Below are positions 24,539 through 36,721 of a DNA stretch of 64,000 bases, one piece after another. Within the stretch, counting starts at the first letter, position 1. The number at the start of each line of letters is the position of its first letter. The stretch is taken from NCBI GenBank assembly GCA_030390025.1, contig CM059432.1, forward strand, positions 151,158,001-151,222,000. The letters run 5' to 3'. Source of the DNA: Squalus acanthias (Eukaryota). The notes beneath the pieces were generated by a model. That model made no database searches. It was not told where the DNA came from and saw nothing but the letters and a program-made list of their open reading frames with translations. The position numbers and the translations under genes are program-made.

Positions 24539-24994
24539 AACCTCCAGGAATGCCTACAACCAGCAATGGTAACCCTACTGAGGTCACTCAGTCAAAGGTT
24601 TTATTTGTCAATCGGCCAGGCATTGAAAAGATATATTAAAGCCAGACAAGCTGTTTTGCAGCGTTCAAGCAGCATCAGTGGTTACTTGAATCAAGGTGAG
24701 ATTTGATTGCATCTGTTACTCTGTGAAATAAAGCAGCTTAATGATTCATATTTGGCCTTGGATCAGTAAAGTGTTTCAGTCTGTCTTTGGAAAGATTGGA
24801 GAGATGCAGTGAGGCCCTGTCTTAATTAACACCACTCTTCTGTTTAAAAGCAAATTTCACACATAATCGGAGTGCACAGAGTGCAGCAGGAGGTCACCTC
24901 CACCAGCAAAAACCTCTCACAGATTAGGAAGAGAGAATTGCTTATTTATTTGGGATGAAGGTTCTCAAAGGCATTGTGCCAGATGATATTGGAG

Positions 24995-27480
24995 GGATAG
25001 ACTGGCCAAACCAAATTAGCAACAATACTGTGGAGGATGAATTCCTGGAGTGTGTACGAGATGGTGTTTTAGACCAGTACGTTGAGGAGACAACTAAGGA
25101 ACAAGCTATCCTAGATTGGGTTTTGTGCAATGAGAAGGGGTTAATTAATAATCTTGTTGTGCGGGGTCCTTTAGGGAAGAGTGACCATAACATGATAGAA
25201 TACTTCATTAAAATGGAAAGTAAAGTAGTCCAATCCGAAACTAGGGTCCTAAATATAAACAAAGGAAACTACGAAGGTATGAGGAGGGAGTTGGCTATGA
25301 TAGATTAGGGAGTTTCATTAAAAGGCATGACAGTGGATAGGCAATGGCTAACATTTAAGGAACGAATGCATGAATTGCAACAGTTATACATTCCTTTCTG
25401 GCACAAAAACACAAAAGGAAAAGCGGCCCAACCATGGCTAACAAAAGAAATTAAGGATAGTATTAGATCCAAAGAGGAGTCATATAAAGTTGCCAGAAAA
25501 AGTAGCAAGCCTGAGGATTGGGAGCAGTTTAGAGTTCAGCAAAAAGGGACCAAGAGATTGATTAAGAGGGGAAAAATAGAGTATGAGAATAAACTTGCAA
25601 GGAACATAAAAGCGAACTGTAAAATCTTTTACAAGTATGTAAAAAGAAAAAGATTAGTGAAGACAAATGTAGGTCCCTTACAGTCAGAAACAGGAGAATT
25701 TATAATGGGGAACAAGGAAATGGCTGAGCAATTAAACAAATACTTTGGTTCTGTCTTCACGGAAGGGGACACAAATAGCTTCCCAGAAATGCTAAGGAAC
25801 CAAGGGTCTAGTGAGAAGGAGGAATTAAAGGAAATTAGTATTAGTAAAAAAAATAGTGCTGGAGAAATTAATGGGACTGAAAGCCGCTAAATCCCCAGGC
25901 CCTGATAATCTGCATCCCAGAGTACTAAAAGAGGTAGCCATGGAAATAGTGGATGCATTGGTTGTTATCTTCCAAAATTCTATAGATTATGTAACAGTTC
26001 CTGCAGATTGGAGGGTGGCAAATGTAATCCCGCTATTTAAAAAAGGAGGGAGAGAGAAAACAGGGAACTACAGACCGGTTAGCCTAACATCAGTAATAGG
26101 GAAAATGCTAGAATTTATTATTAAGGACGTGATAACAGGACACTTAGAAAATATCAACAGGATTAGACAAAGTCAACATAGATTTATGAAAGTGAAATTG
26201 TGTTTGACAAACCTACTGGAGTTTTTTGAGGATGTAATTGGTAGAATAGATAAGGGAGAACCAGTGGATGTGGTGTATTTGGATTTTCAGAAGGCTTTTG
26301 ATAAAGTCCCACATAAGAGGTTAGTGTGCAAAATTAAAGCACATGGGATTAGGGATAATATACTGGCATGGATTGAAAATTGGTTAACAGACAGGAAACA
26401 GAGAGTAGGAATAAATGGGTCTTTTTCAGGGTGGCAGGCGGTGACTAGTGGGGTATCGCAGGGATCAGTGCTTGGGCCCCAGCTATTCACAATATATATC
26501 AATGATTTGGATGAGGGAATCAAATGTAATATTTCCAAGTTTGCTGATGACACGAAACTAGGTGGGATTCTGAGTTGTGAGGTGGATGCAAAGAGGCTTC
26601 AAGGCGATTTAGACAAGTTGAGTGAGTGGGCAAATACTTGGCAGATGCAGTATAACGTGGATAAATGTGAAGTTATCCACTTCAGTAGGAAAAACAGAAA
26701 GGCAGAGTATTATTTAAATGATGATAGATTGGGAAATGTTGATGTACAAAGGGACCTGGGTGTCCTTGCACACCAGTCATTGAAAGCAAACGTGCAGGCG
26801 CAGCAAGCAGTTAGGAAGGCAAATGGTATGTTGGCCTTCATTGCAAGAGGATTTGAGTACAGGAGCAAGGATGTCTTACTACAGTTATACAGGGCCTTGG
26901 TGAGACCACACCTGGAGTACTGAGTGCAGTTTTGGTCTCCTTACCTAAGAAAGGATATACTTGCCATAGAGGGAGTGCAGCGAAGGTTCACCAGACTGAT
27001 TCCTGGGATGGCAGGACTGTCGTATGAGGAGAGATTGGGTCGACTAGGCCTGTATTCACTAGAGTTTAGAAGAATGAGAGGGGATCTCATTGAAACGTAT
27101 ACAATTCTGACAGGGCTAGACAGACTGGATGCAGGGAGGATGTTTCCCCTGGCTGGGGGGTCTAGAACGAGGGGTCACAGTCTCAGGATACGGGGTAGGA
27201 CATTTAGGACTGAGATGAGGAGAAATTTCTTCACTCAGAGGGTGGTGAACCTGTGGAATTCTCTACCACAGAAGGCTGTGGAGGCCAAGTCACTGAATAT
27301 ATTTAAGAAGGAGATAGATAGATTTCTAGACACAAAAGGCATCAAGGGGTATGGGGAGAGAGCGGGAATATGGTATTGAGATAGAGGATCAGCCATGATC
27401 ATATTGAATGGCGGAGCAGGCTCGAAGGGCCGAATGGCCGACTCCTGCTCCTATTTTTCTATGTTTCTATGTTTTCTATG
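24995..27480 (+). mobile_element. CR1 LINE ORF2 (EN C-terminus, RT, tail)
   Basis: LDWVLCN...GKSDHNMI, a 355-aa RT segment, and a TTTCTATG tail. Confidence 0.95.
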
Positions 27481-28129
27481 TGCAGGCGAACTAGTATGTC
27501 CCATATTAATCATACATCCTGTGATGTGCAAGGTATATTACATCAACATGTCAATGCATATCGATTGTATACAATTACATAATAAAGCATGCGATGAAAA
27601 TTCACTGCCTAAGATTAGGTACTTGTAATATCTCAACTACTCTCTTCACAGAGTATGGAGAACCCAGATGTATTCAGGGAAAATCTAAAGAGGACCCACA
27701 GTACCAACACAACAACAGCACTCATATAGCACCTTTAGTGTAAAATATGTCCCAAGACATTTCACAAATAGCCATAGAAAAATGGTTGCCATTTCAGGAA
27801 GGGAGATGTAAGGAGGGGTGACCAAAAGATAGTTGAAGAAATGGGGTCTGAGTAGTTTTGCAAAGGAGAAGAGGAAGAAAGGGCGACAGGGAATTCTAGA
27901 GAGTAGGACCCAAGCAAGCTGATGGTTGGGTGCTGGCAGAGGATATGCACAAACGTGTCACCACAATGGTTTGCAGTAAGCTACAGCACAGAGACACAAC
28001 TTGTGATAATTAGATAATGATGTAGCTGAGGAAGCACAAGGTGAAGCCCTAGGACTTGGGATGGAAGAGTATAAGTGGTGGGAATTGATGGAGGATAGGA
28101 GGTACGAACATACTAAGTGGTTCTTCTGA

Positions 28130-31100
28130 GTTGGCTGGGGATGCAGATTTTAGCCCGATGCCAGGGTTAAAGACATCTCCTCGCGGCTGGAGAAGAACTT
28201 GGAGTGGGAGGGGGAGGATCCAGTTGTCGTAGTCCACGTAGGAACCAACGACGAGGTAGAACTAGGAATGAGGTTCTGCTGAGGGAGTTTGAACAGCTAG
28301 GATCCAAATTGAAAAGCAGAACATCAAAGGTAATAATCTCTGGATTGTTACCTGAGCCACAAGCAAATTGGCATAGGGACAAACAGATTAGAGGTTTAAA
28401 TGCGTGGCTCAAATAGTGGTGTGGGAGGAAGGGCTTTCAGTTCATGGGGCACTGGCACCAGTACTGGGGAAAGAGGGAGCTGTTCCGTTGGGACGGGCTC
28501 CACTTAAACCAGGTTGGGACCAGTGTCCTGGCGAACCGAATAATTGGGGCAGTAGACAGGCTTTAAACTAATGAAGGGGGAGCGGGAGGATTCAGCAAAG
28601 AGTAAATTTAAAAGCAGCGGGAGAAATGTCAAGGCTCTAGAGCAGAGTAGAGTTTTGGGTAAAAATAAGCAGAGTGGGTCAGGAAGGGACAGAGAGAGTA
28701 ACAAAGATAATAAGGCATCAGTGACTAAGGTGACATCAGGGAAAAAGGGAAATAAGAAAAAAGCTAAAGGCACTATATCTGAATGCACAAAGCATTCGCA
28801 ACAAAATAGATGAATTAATAGCGCAGATAGAAATTAACAGGTTTGATCTAATAGCCATTACGGAGATGTGGTTGCAAAGTGGCCAAGGTTGCGAACTAAA
28901 TATTCCAGGATAATTAACTTTTAGAAGGGATAGGCAAAATGGAAAAGGAGGAGGGGTAGTCCTGATAATAAAGGATGGATAAAGATAGTAGAGAGAAAGG
29001 ATCTTAGCTCTGAAAATCAAGAAGTAGAATCCGTTTGGGTGGAGCTAAGAAACAGCAAAGGGCAGGAAAGGTTGGTGGGAGTTGTTTATAGGCCCCCAAA
29101 CAGTAATTGTAATGTATGGCAGAGTATAAATCAGGAAATTAGAGGCGCATATAACAAGGGTAATATAGTGATCATGAGGACTTTAATCTACATATAGACT
29201 GGGCAAACCAAATTTGCAGTAATAGTGTGGAGGACAAATTCATGGAATGTATGCAAGATAATTTTCTAGATCAATATATTGAGGAACCAACTAGGGAACA
29301 GGCTATTTTAGATCTAGTATTGTGCAACGTGAAAGGGTTAATTAATAACCTTGTAGTAAAGGGGCCTTTAGGGAAGAGTGACCATAATATGATAGAATTT
29401 TATATTGAGTTTGAAAGTGACTTAGTTAAATTCAAAACTAGGGTCTTAAATCTAAACAAAGCAAACTACGTAGGTATGAGGGGCGAGTTGGCTAAGCTAG
29501 ATTGGGAAACTACATTAAAAGGTATGACAGTAGACAAGCAATGGCTAGCATTTAAAGAATTAATACATCATTTGCAACAAATATACAATCCTTTAAGGCA
29601 CAAAAACCCCACAGGAAAAGTGGTCCAACCGTGGCTAACAAGAGAAATTAAAGATAGTATTAGATCAAAGGAAGCGGCTTATAATGCTGTCAAAAAGAAT
29701 AGTAAGCCTGAGGATTGGGAGGATTTTAGAATTCAGCAAAGGAGGATCAAGAAATTGATAAAGAAAGGGAAAATAGAATATGAGAGTAAACTAGCGAGAA
29801 ACATAAAAACAGACTGTAAAAGCTTCTATAGGTATGTAAAAAGGAAAAGATTAGCAAAAGTAAATGTAGGTCCCTTATAGGCTGAGACAGGAGAAATTAT
29901 AATGGAGAATAAGGAAATGGCTGAGAAATTAAACAAATACTTTGTGTCTGTCTTCACGGAAGAAGACGCAAAAAACTTCCCGGAAATAGTGGACAACCAA
30001 GAGTCCAGTGAGAATGAGGAACTGAAAGATATTAGTACTAGTAAAAAAGTAGTACTGGAGAAATTAATTGGACTGAAAGCCAATAAATCCCTTGGCCTAT
30101 ATCCTAGGATTGTGGAAGAGTTGGCTATAGAGATAGTGGATGCATTGGTTGTCGCTTTCCAAAATTCCATAGATTCTTTAACAGTTCCCGCAGATTGGAA
30201 GGTAGCAAATGTAACCCCACTATTTAAGAAAGGAGAGAGAGAGAAAACGGGGAACAACAGACTAGTTAGCCTGACATCAGTAGTAGGGAAAATGCTAGAA
30301 TCTATTATTAAGGACATGGTAACAGGGCACTTAGAAAATAATAATAGGATTGGGCAGAGTCAACACGGATTTATGAAAGTGAAATCGTGTTTGACAAATC
30401 TGTTGGAGTTTTTTGAGGTTGTAAATAGCAGAATAGATAAGGGGGAACCAGTGGATGTGGTGTATTTGGATTTTCAGAAGGCATTCGATAAGGTGCCACA
30501 CAGGAGGTTATTAAACAAAATTAGGGCTCATGGGATTGGCGTAATATACTAGCATGGATTGAGGATTGGTTAACGGACAGAAAACAGAGAGTAGGAATAA
30601 ACGGGTCATTTTTGGGTTGGCAGGCTGTAACTAGTGGGCTGCCACAAGGATCAGTGTTTGGGCCTCAGCTATTCACAATCTACATCAATGATTTGGATGA
30701 GGGGACCAAATGTAATATATCCAAGTTTGCTGATGATACAAAGCTTGGTGGGAATGTAAGTTGTGAGGAAGATGCAAAGAGGCTTCAAGGGGATATAGAC
30801 AGGCTAAGTGAGTGGGCAAGAACATGGCAAATGGAATATAATGTGGAGAAATGTGAAGTTATCCACTTTGGTAGGAAAAATAGAAAAGCAGAGTATTTTT
30901 TAAATGGTGAGAGATTGGGAAATGTTGGTGTTCAGAGGGACCTGGGTGTCCTTGTACACGAATCACTGAAAGTTAACATGCAGTTACAGCAAGCAATTAG
31001 GAAAGCAAATGGTATGTTGGCCTTTATTACAAGAGGATTTGAGTATAAGAGTAAAGACGTCTTACTGCAATTATATAGGGCCCTGGTGAGACCACACCTG

Positions 31101-31648
31101 GAGTATTGTGTACAGTTTTGGTCTCCTTACCTAAGGAAGAATATACTTGCCATAGAGGGAGTGCAACGAAGGTTCACCAGACTGGTTCCTGGGATGGGGG
31201 GATTGTCCTATGAGGACAGATTGAATAGACTTGGCCTATATTCTCTAGAGTTTAGAAGAATGAGAGGTGATCTCATTGAAACATACAAAATTCTTACAGG
31301 GCTTGACAGGATAAATGCAGGGAGAATGTTTCCCCTGGCTTGGGAGTCTAGAACCAGGGGTCACAGTCTCAGAATAAGGGGTCAGCCATATAGGACTGAG
31401 ATGAGAAGAAATTTCTTCACTCAGAGGGTGGTGAATCTTTGGAATTCTCTTCCCCAGAGGGCTGTGGAGGCTCAGTCGTTGAGTATGTTCAAGACAGAGA
31501 TCGATAGATTCTTGAATATTAAGGGAATCAAGGGTTATGGGGATAGTTAAGGAAAGTGGAAATGCGGTAGAGGATCAGCCATGATCTTATTGAATGGCGG
31601 AGCAGGCTCGAAGGGCCAAATGGCCGACTCCTGCTCCTATTTCTTATG
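28130..31648 (+). mobile_element. Near-full CR1 LINE: ORF1 SGNH-esterase remnant plus ORF2 EN/RT
   Basis: ORF1: VVVHVGTND...VIISGLLP...LNAWL...DGLHLN. ORF2: YLNAQSIRNK, AITEMWL, YRPPNS, SDH and RT motifs. Several stops and frameshifts. Confidence 0.93.
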
Positions 31649-32117
31649 AATGTTACAACACATGGTCCCTGTTGAATAGTCACTTGTCTACATACACACG
31701 GGAGCAGCAGAAGGTGGCATGGGTAGGTTGGATGAATAGTTGTAGGCACTAAGGTCAGCCATTGAGGAGGCAAATGGATTGGCCGTACGTTTCACCCCCC
31801 ACTGAAGTTCCACGCACTGTAACTGTGAGTGTGCACCAAAATAAAATTTCAGTCTTATTATTTCTTATGTTTGGTGGAGGTTGGCAATTCTGAGAGATGG
31901 ATATAGCCACATCGAACGGCAGTGCTAAATTCTTATAGCAAAGGATCAGCAGGAGCACTGCCTTCCCCATATTGTAACGGTAACAATGGCACGCTTGATG
32001 CGCTTCAGCCCAAACCACAGAGAGGAATCATCATTTCATGACAACATCCTATTTACATCAGCCACATCTGTTTCATAGTCTCCTGTAGAAAAGACTACTG
32101 GATGGCAAGTGCCTTTA

Positions 32118-32266
32118 GGGCACTCTTCTACTCTAGAGACTTGAGCACATAATCTCGGCTGACACTCCAGTGCAGTCCTGAGGGAGCGCTGCACTGTCGG
32201 AGGTGCCATCTTTCGGATGAAACATTAACCCAAGGCCCCCGTCTGCTCTCTCAGGTGGATGTAAAA
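32118..32266 (+). mobile_element. Deu-domain SINE fragment (5' part)
   Basis: GCTGACACTCCAGTGCAG...TTTCGGATGAAACATTAA...CAGGTGGATGTAAAAG. Confidence 0.7.
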
Positions 32267-32329
32267 GTCACTAATAAAAATTTTTATTTCTCCCCCTTAG
32301 TCTCTAAAATACTGGGGATAAAACTCCAT

Positions 32330-33115
32330 GGGGGAGAAATTCGGTATCGCCCCGTTTGGGGTGCAATTATCGGCCGGGCGCAAAGTTTAGCGCCTGACGC
32401 TAATGATCACCTCCGACTGCAAACGTGGCTTCTATCGCCCCTGGAGGTGATTGGGGCGCTAAATCAGGCGCTTCACACCTGTCTTAAGGAGCTAACGCTG
32501 AGGAGCGAGGCGCTACCTCAGAGCGCTGGCGAAGCTCGTGATGTCAGTCAGCAATGGAACACAGACACACTGGTGCCGGCCAGTTCTTAAAGGGGAGAGT
32601 CGATCTTGCTCTCCATCCACACCCTGCTCATTGCAGCCTTGAATCTCGACCTGGAGAGACCTGTACATCAAATCTGCTGGAAAGAACAATGGAGAGGCCC
32701 AGGGAAAGAGCTCAGAGTGCAGCCCCCAAAGTCTCTTCTAAATCGATGCAAGGAAGGTCAAATCAAAATGAACCTGCAAAGTGCTGCTCAGTACCCAAAA
32801 CTCCTTCACACAGCGTTGAATCTCTCCAGAAGTCTTTCTTTCTCAGAATGCGTGATGCAAAAATGTCGCCGACAAAAAAATGCAGGAAGTAGTCGCCTTT
32901 TAATAGCGCTCCCCCAGTCCCTTCCCGACTGTAAAATGTTCCCCTCAACCTGTCGTTGCTAGCGGCAGGCAGAAAGGCAGGGGGCACCACTCAATATCCG
33001 GTCCGGGGCACTACCGGGGCGTTGCACGCTCGACTGACGTCACGATCTGCGGGCGCAGGAGATCGTGGCGGTAGTGTTTAGTGCCGTCGCAAAATGCCTG
33101 GTCAATTTCGTGAGC
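32330..33115 (+). mobile_element. PIF/Harbinger MITE family A, right end truncated
   Basis: Starts GGGGGAGAAATTCGG. Colinear with 58663-59455 and with the reverse complement of 42515-43306. Confidence 0.85.
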
Positions 33116-33117
33116 AC

Positions 33118-34060
33118 CCGGGCAGGACATACCTGGGCAATTTTTCACATTATCGGGTAGATGCCAGTGTTGTAGCTGTACTGGAACAGCTTGGCTAGAG
33201 GCGTGGCTAGTTCTGGAGCACACGTCTTCAGCACGACAGCCGGGATGTTGTCGGGGCCTGTAGCCTTTGCTGTACGTTGATATCACGTGGAGCGAATCAA
33301 ATTGGCTGAAGACTAGCTTCTGTGATGGTGAGGACCACAGGAGACCGAGATGGATCATCCACTCAACACTTCTGGCTGAAGATGGTTGTGAACGCTTCAG
33401 CCTTGTCTTTTGCACTCACATACTGGGCTCCGCCATCATTGAGGATGGGGATGTTCATGGAGCCGCCTCCGCCCGTTAGGACTAGGCCAGCTCGTTCAGT
33501 AGTGGTGCTACTGAGCCACTCTTGGTGATAAAGATTGAAGTGTCCCACCAGAGTATGTTCTGTGCAGGAGGTTTCCTTGCCCATGTTTGACCTGATGCCA
33601 TGAAACTTCATAGTACATTCTGTGCCCTTGCTACTCTCGGTGCTTCTTCCAAGTGTTGTTCAACATGGAAGAGTACTGATTCATTCGCTGAGGGAGGGCA
33701 GTAGGCAGTAATCAGCAGGAGGTTTCCTTGCCTATGTTTCACCTGATGCCATGAGACTTCATGGGGTCTGGAGTCAATGTTGAGGACCCCCAGGGTCACT
33801 CCTTCCCGACTATATACCACAGTGCCACCACCTTTGGATGATGATGGAGGAGTTTGGGACGTTGGCTGAAAGGTATGATTCTGTGAGTATGAATATATCA
33901 GGCTGTTGCTTGACTAGTCTGTGGGACAGCTCTCCCAATTTTGGCACAATTCCCCAGATGTTAATGAGAAGGACTTTGCAGGGTTGATTGGGTTGGGTGT
34001 GCCTTTGTCGTGTCCGGTGCCTTGGTCGATGTCAGGTGGTCATGTCCGGTTTTATTCCTA
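33118..34060 (-). mobile_element. Rearranged fragments of a second non-LTR (CR1/L2-group) LINE family, EN and early RT
   Basis: PHEVSWHQVK..QGNLLLITAYCPPS and KDKAEAF..IFSQKC. Overlaps in sequence with 56330-56430. Confidence 0.75.
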
Positions 34061-34079
34061 GTATACTTGGTATACTATA

Positions 34080-34386
34080 GTTAAACTGAGGCCCCATCTG
34101 CCCTCTCAGGTTGATGTAAAAGACCCATGGTACTATTTCGAAGAAGAGCAGGGGATTTATCCCCAGTGTCTTAGCTGATATTTATTCCTCAACCAACACC
34201 TGAAACAGACTATCTGGTAATTTCTCTCAATACTGTTTCTGGGATTTTACTGTGCACAAATTGGCTGCCATATTTCCTACATTACAACAGTGACTACACA
34301 TCAAAGATATTTCATTGGCTGTAAAGTGCTTTGGGAGGTCCTGAGATTGTGAAAGGCTCTATAGAAATGCAAATCTTTCTTTCTTT
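34080..34386 (+). mobile_element. Deu-domain SINE, 5'-truncated
   Basis: Deu core and tail AAAGGCTCTATAGAAATGCAAATCTTTCTTTC. Confidence 0.8.
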
Positions 34387-34539
34387 CAAATTGGCTTGGG
34401 TTTTTATCTGGTTTTTCACCTCACCCAGGAAATTACATGGCTTTTGCGTCGGGAGGCGAGTTTATATAATGTGGGCCAGGTTGGATAGACCAGGTGTTTT
34501 AATGTCTGTTATTGTTTGTATGTTCGTAATACGATTCTT

Positions 34540-35147
34540 GGCAATGGAGCGGATGTGGAGGAGGAAGCCAAGCTTTGGATCGACCAGGGCATGCCAGTGG
34601 GTAGAGGACCTCTCTCGCAGTGTTGACCCCCTGCACAAAGCTGGAGTGCTGCCTGCGAGACCCTGGGTGCCCTTCCCTGGCTTGCTGAGCCTTTTCTGTC
34701 AGTGCTGAAGCACTTTTCCCATTTTCTTAGCTGCGGAAGGCAATTCAGCTTTAAGAGCTGAAGACTTCCATTTGGGAATTATTTTCAATGTTTTTTTTAG
34801 AAGGCAGTTCAGCACTAGGGGCTAAAAACTCCCTATTTTTAAATGAACTTTTAAATTTTTATCATTTTAGAAGGCAGTTCTCCTTTAAGAGACCGCACTG
34901 TTTTCCAAAATGACAGCCTTGCTTTAAAAGAAGGCTGTTCTCGCTCCAGGGACGCTATGGCCACGTTACATTGGGCCTCCTGCTGTGACTACCTCCCATA
35001 AACCAGCCTTACACAGTAAGTTTAGCGCCGCGCTACTGTTAATTAACAAGCAGCACCAATATACCGGTGCTGCCAGCGCTATTAATTTCAGCGGCCGTTA
35101 ACTGCGGCCCACGGTGCAGGTTTCCAGAGCTCTGGAATTTCTAGGCC
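34540..35147 (-). mobile_element. Harbinger family B left end with start of the Myb/SANT-like ORF
   Basis: Terminus GGAATTTCTAGGCC followed by TAA. Minus strand gives AQQAREG..GVNTAREVLYP. Homologous to 50937-51490. Confidence 0.75.
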
Positions 35148-35479
35148 TAATGATCCCTTTGGTGCACCGGAGATGATCATACAGGCAGAGGAGAATAAGC
35201 TAGGTGTCGCCTGTGTTAGAAGAGTTATAAGGAAGCAGGGTAGATGGTAGGCTGCCAAGGCCTACTAGGCTGCTTTTTCCCTGATCTTTGAGGATATTCA
35301 ATTGCCCAGCTGTCTCTTCCAGTCCTGGTTGTCCTGCTGCAGCCGCTGGAATTTTTGCAGCCGGGAACCAGCAGGCTCCCATTTGGTGGTGGGAATCCTG
35401 TCGGATGCCAACCATACATGGGTGATGATCCCTGACCCAGAAAACTAGGTCGGGTTGTGGCATATTATAGGGGTGGGCA

Positions 35480-36721
35480 TGAAAGGATATTTACTTGTCC
35501 TCGCCCCTTTAGGGCTACCCCGGATCAGGCGTATTTCTTAGATGTTCACCTTCAACTAAAGTTTGAGGTAGCCGAATCCTAAAGACGCTTAATTGGGTCT
35601 AAAGGTTCGGGCTATCTCTCCCTAAAGGAAAGGAACAACCCGAGAATGTTACCGTCCTCCAGATAGCACTTTTAATAAGTTTAGCCAGACAGTAAAGATA
35701 TTATGAGGGTCCGGAGATTTCCTTCAGAAAATGTAACTCTTCACCAAAGAGTGTACAAAGATTGGGTTCGTGAGATATTGATACAGAAAACTTATATGAG
35801 ACAATTCTAAAAATATATAGTGATTTATTAAAAAAACTGACATGCAAATTACAGTTGGTGAATCAGTCAAATCGCAACATTAACAGTTTTAAAAAGAGAA
35901 AAACTACGATCTTATTCTTAACAGAGAATCCTACTTATAAATCTTAACTTTGCTACAGTATTTCAGTTCTTAAACTTGTCTTATTACAGGATATCCATCA
36001 ATTATCAAGGTAGCAGTTACCTTCAATCCCCGAGGTACAAAAGAGTGAAGAACTACAGAGCCGCCCCTGTAGTCGAGAATCGCTTTGCCCGATTAAAGCG
36101 AGTCTGATTATCTCATTCGAGACTCCAATATGTATACCCCTTTTTCAGTTGTTTTTCATAAGGTTTCTGTTAATCCAAGTTAATTATCACTAATCATCTT
36201 TTAGTTGACCTACTGAAATTCTTACTGCCACATCATCAATAGCTATTGGGAGTTTACCATATGTGGGCAAAGGGCAGATGTCCCTTACCTCATGTCATTC
36301 TCAAGAGGTTTTAATCAAGATCATTCATCCAGGGCTGACCATTGTCTTATTTTAATAAGGTTACCCATTCGGGGCCACCCATTCTTCTGTTTTAATAAGG
36401 TTACTTATTCAGGGTCAACAACTTGTCCTATTTCAATAGCCAGAATTCTTTCATAGCTATTTCATAGTTAGGTTTCTAAATTTCCAAAGTTTGTCATGTT
36501 CCAAAGACTTTATAAGGTAGAGTTCCTTATAGGGTACTCTTCAGGGTTAACCACTGTCTTATCTCAACGAGGCCAGAATTCTTTCAGAAGGTAGGATTTC
36601 CAAATCCAGCTTGCCATGCCTTCCTTTAAAAAGTTATATAGTGTATTTTTCTAAAAAGGCTATAGTGTATTTATCTTATATAGTATATTTTTCTAAAAAG
36701 GCTATAGTGTATTCCTTCACA
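35480..36721 (-). mobile_element. Solo LTR (Gypsy- or ERV-like), 1242 bp
   Basis: TG...CA ends with imperfect inverted termini (TGAAAGGATAT / ATTCCTTCACA). 4-bp TSD GGCA (35476-35479, 36722-36725). Minus-strand TATA-like (36129-36136) precedes AATAAA (35824-35829). Internal direct repeats at 36340-36570 and 36635-36711. Confidence 0.75.

Noticed and set aside
32554..32892. Recurrent 110-125 aa ORF (MEHRHT...) in three places suggesting a gene family
   Set aside because: It lies inside family A MITE copies, and its C-terminus varies with (CT)n length. It reflects repeat identity rather than demonstrable coding constraint.
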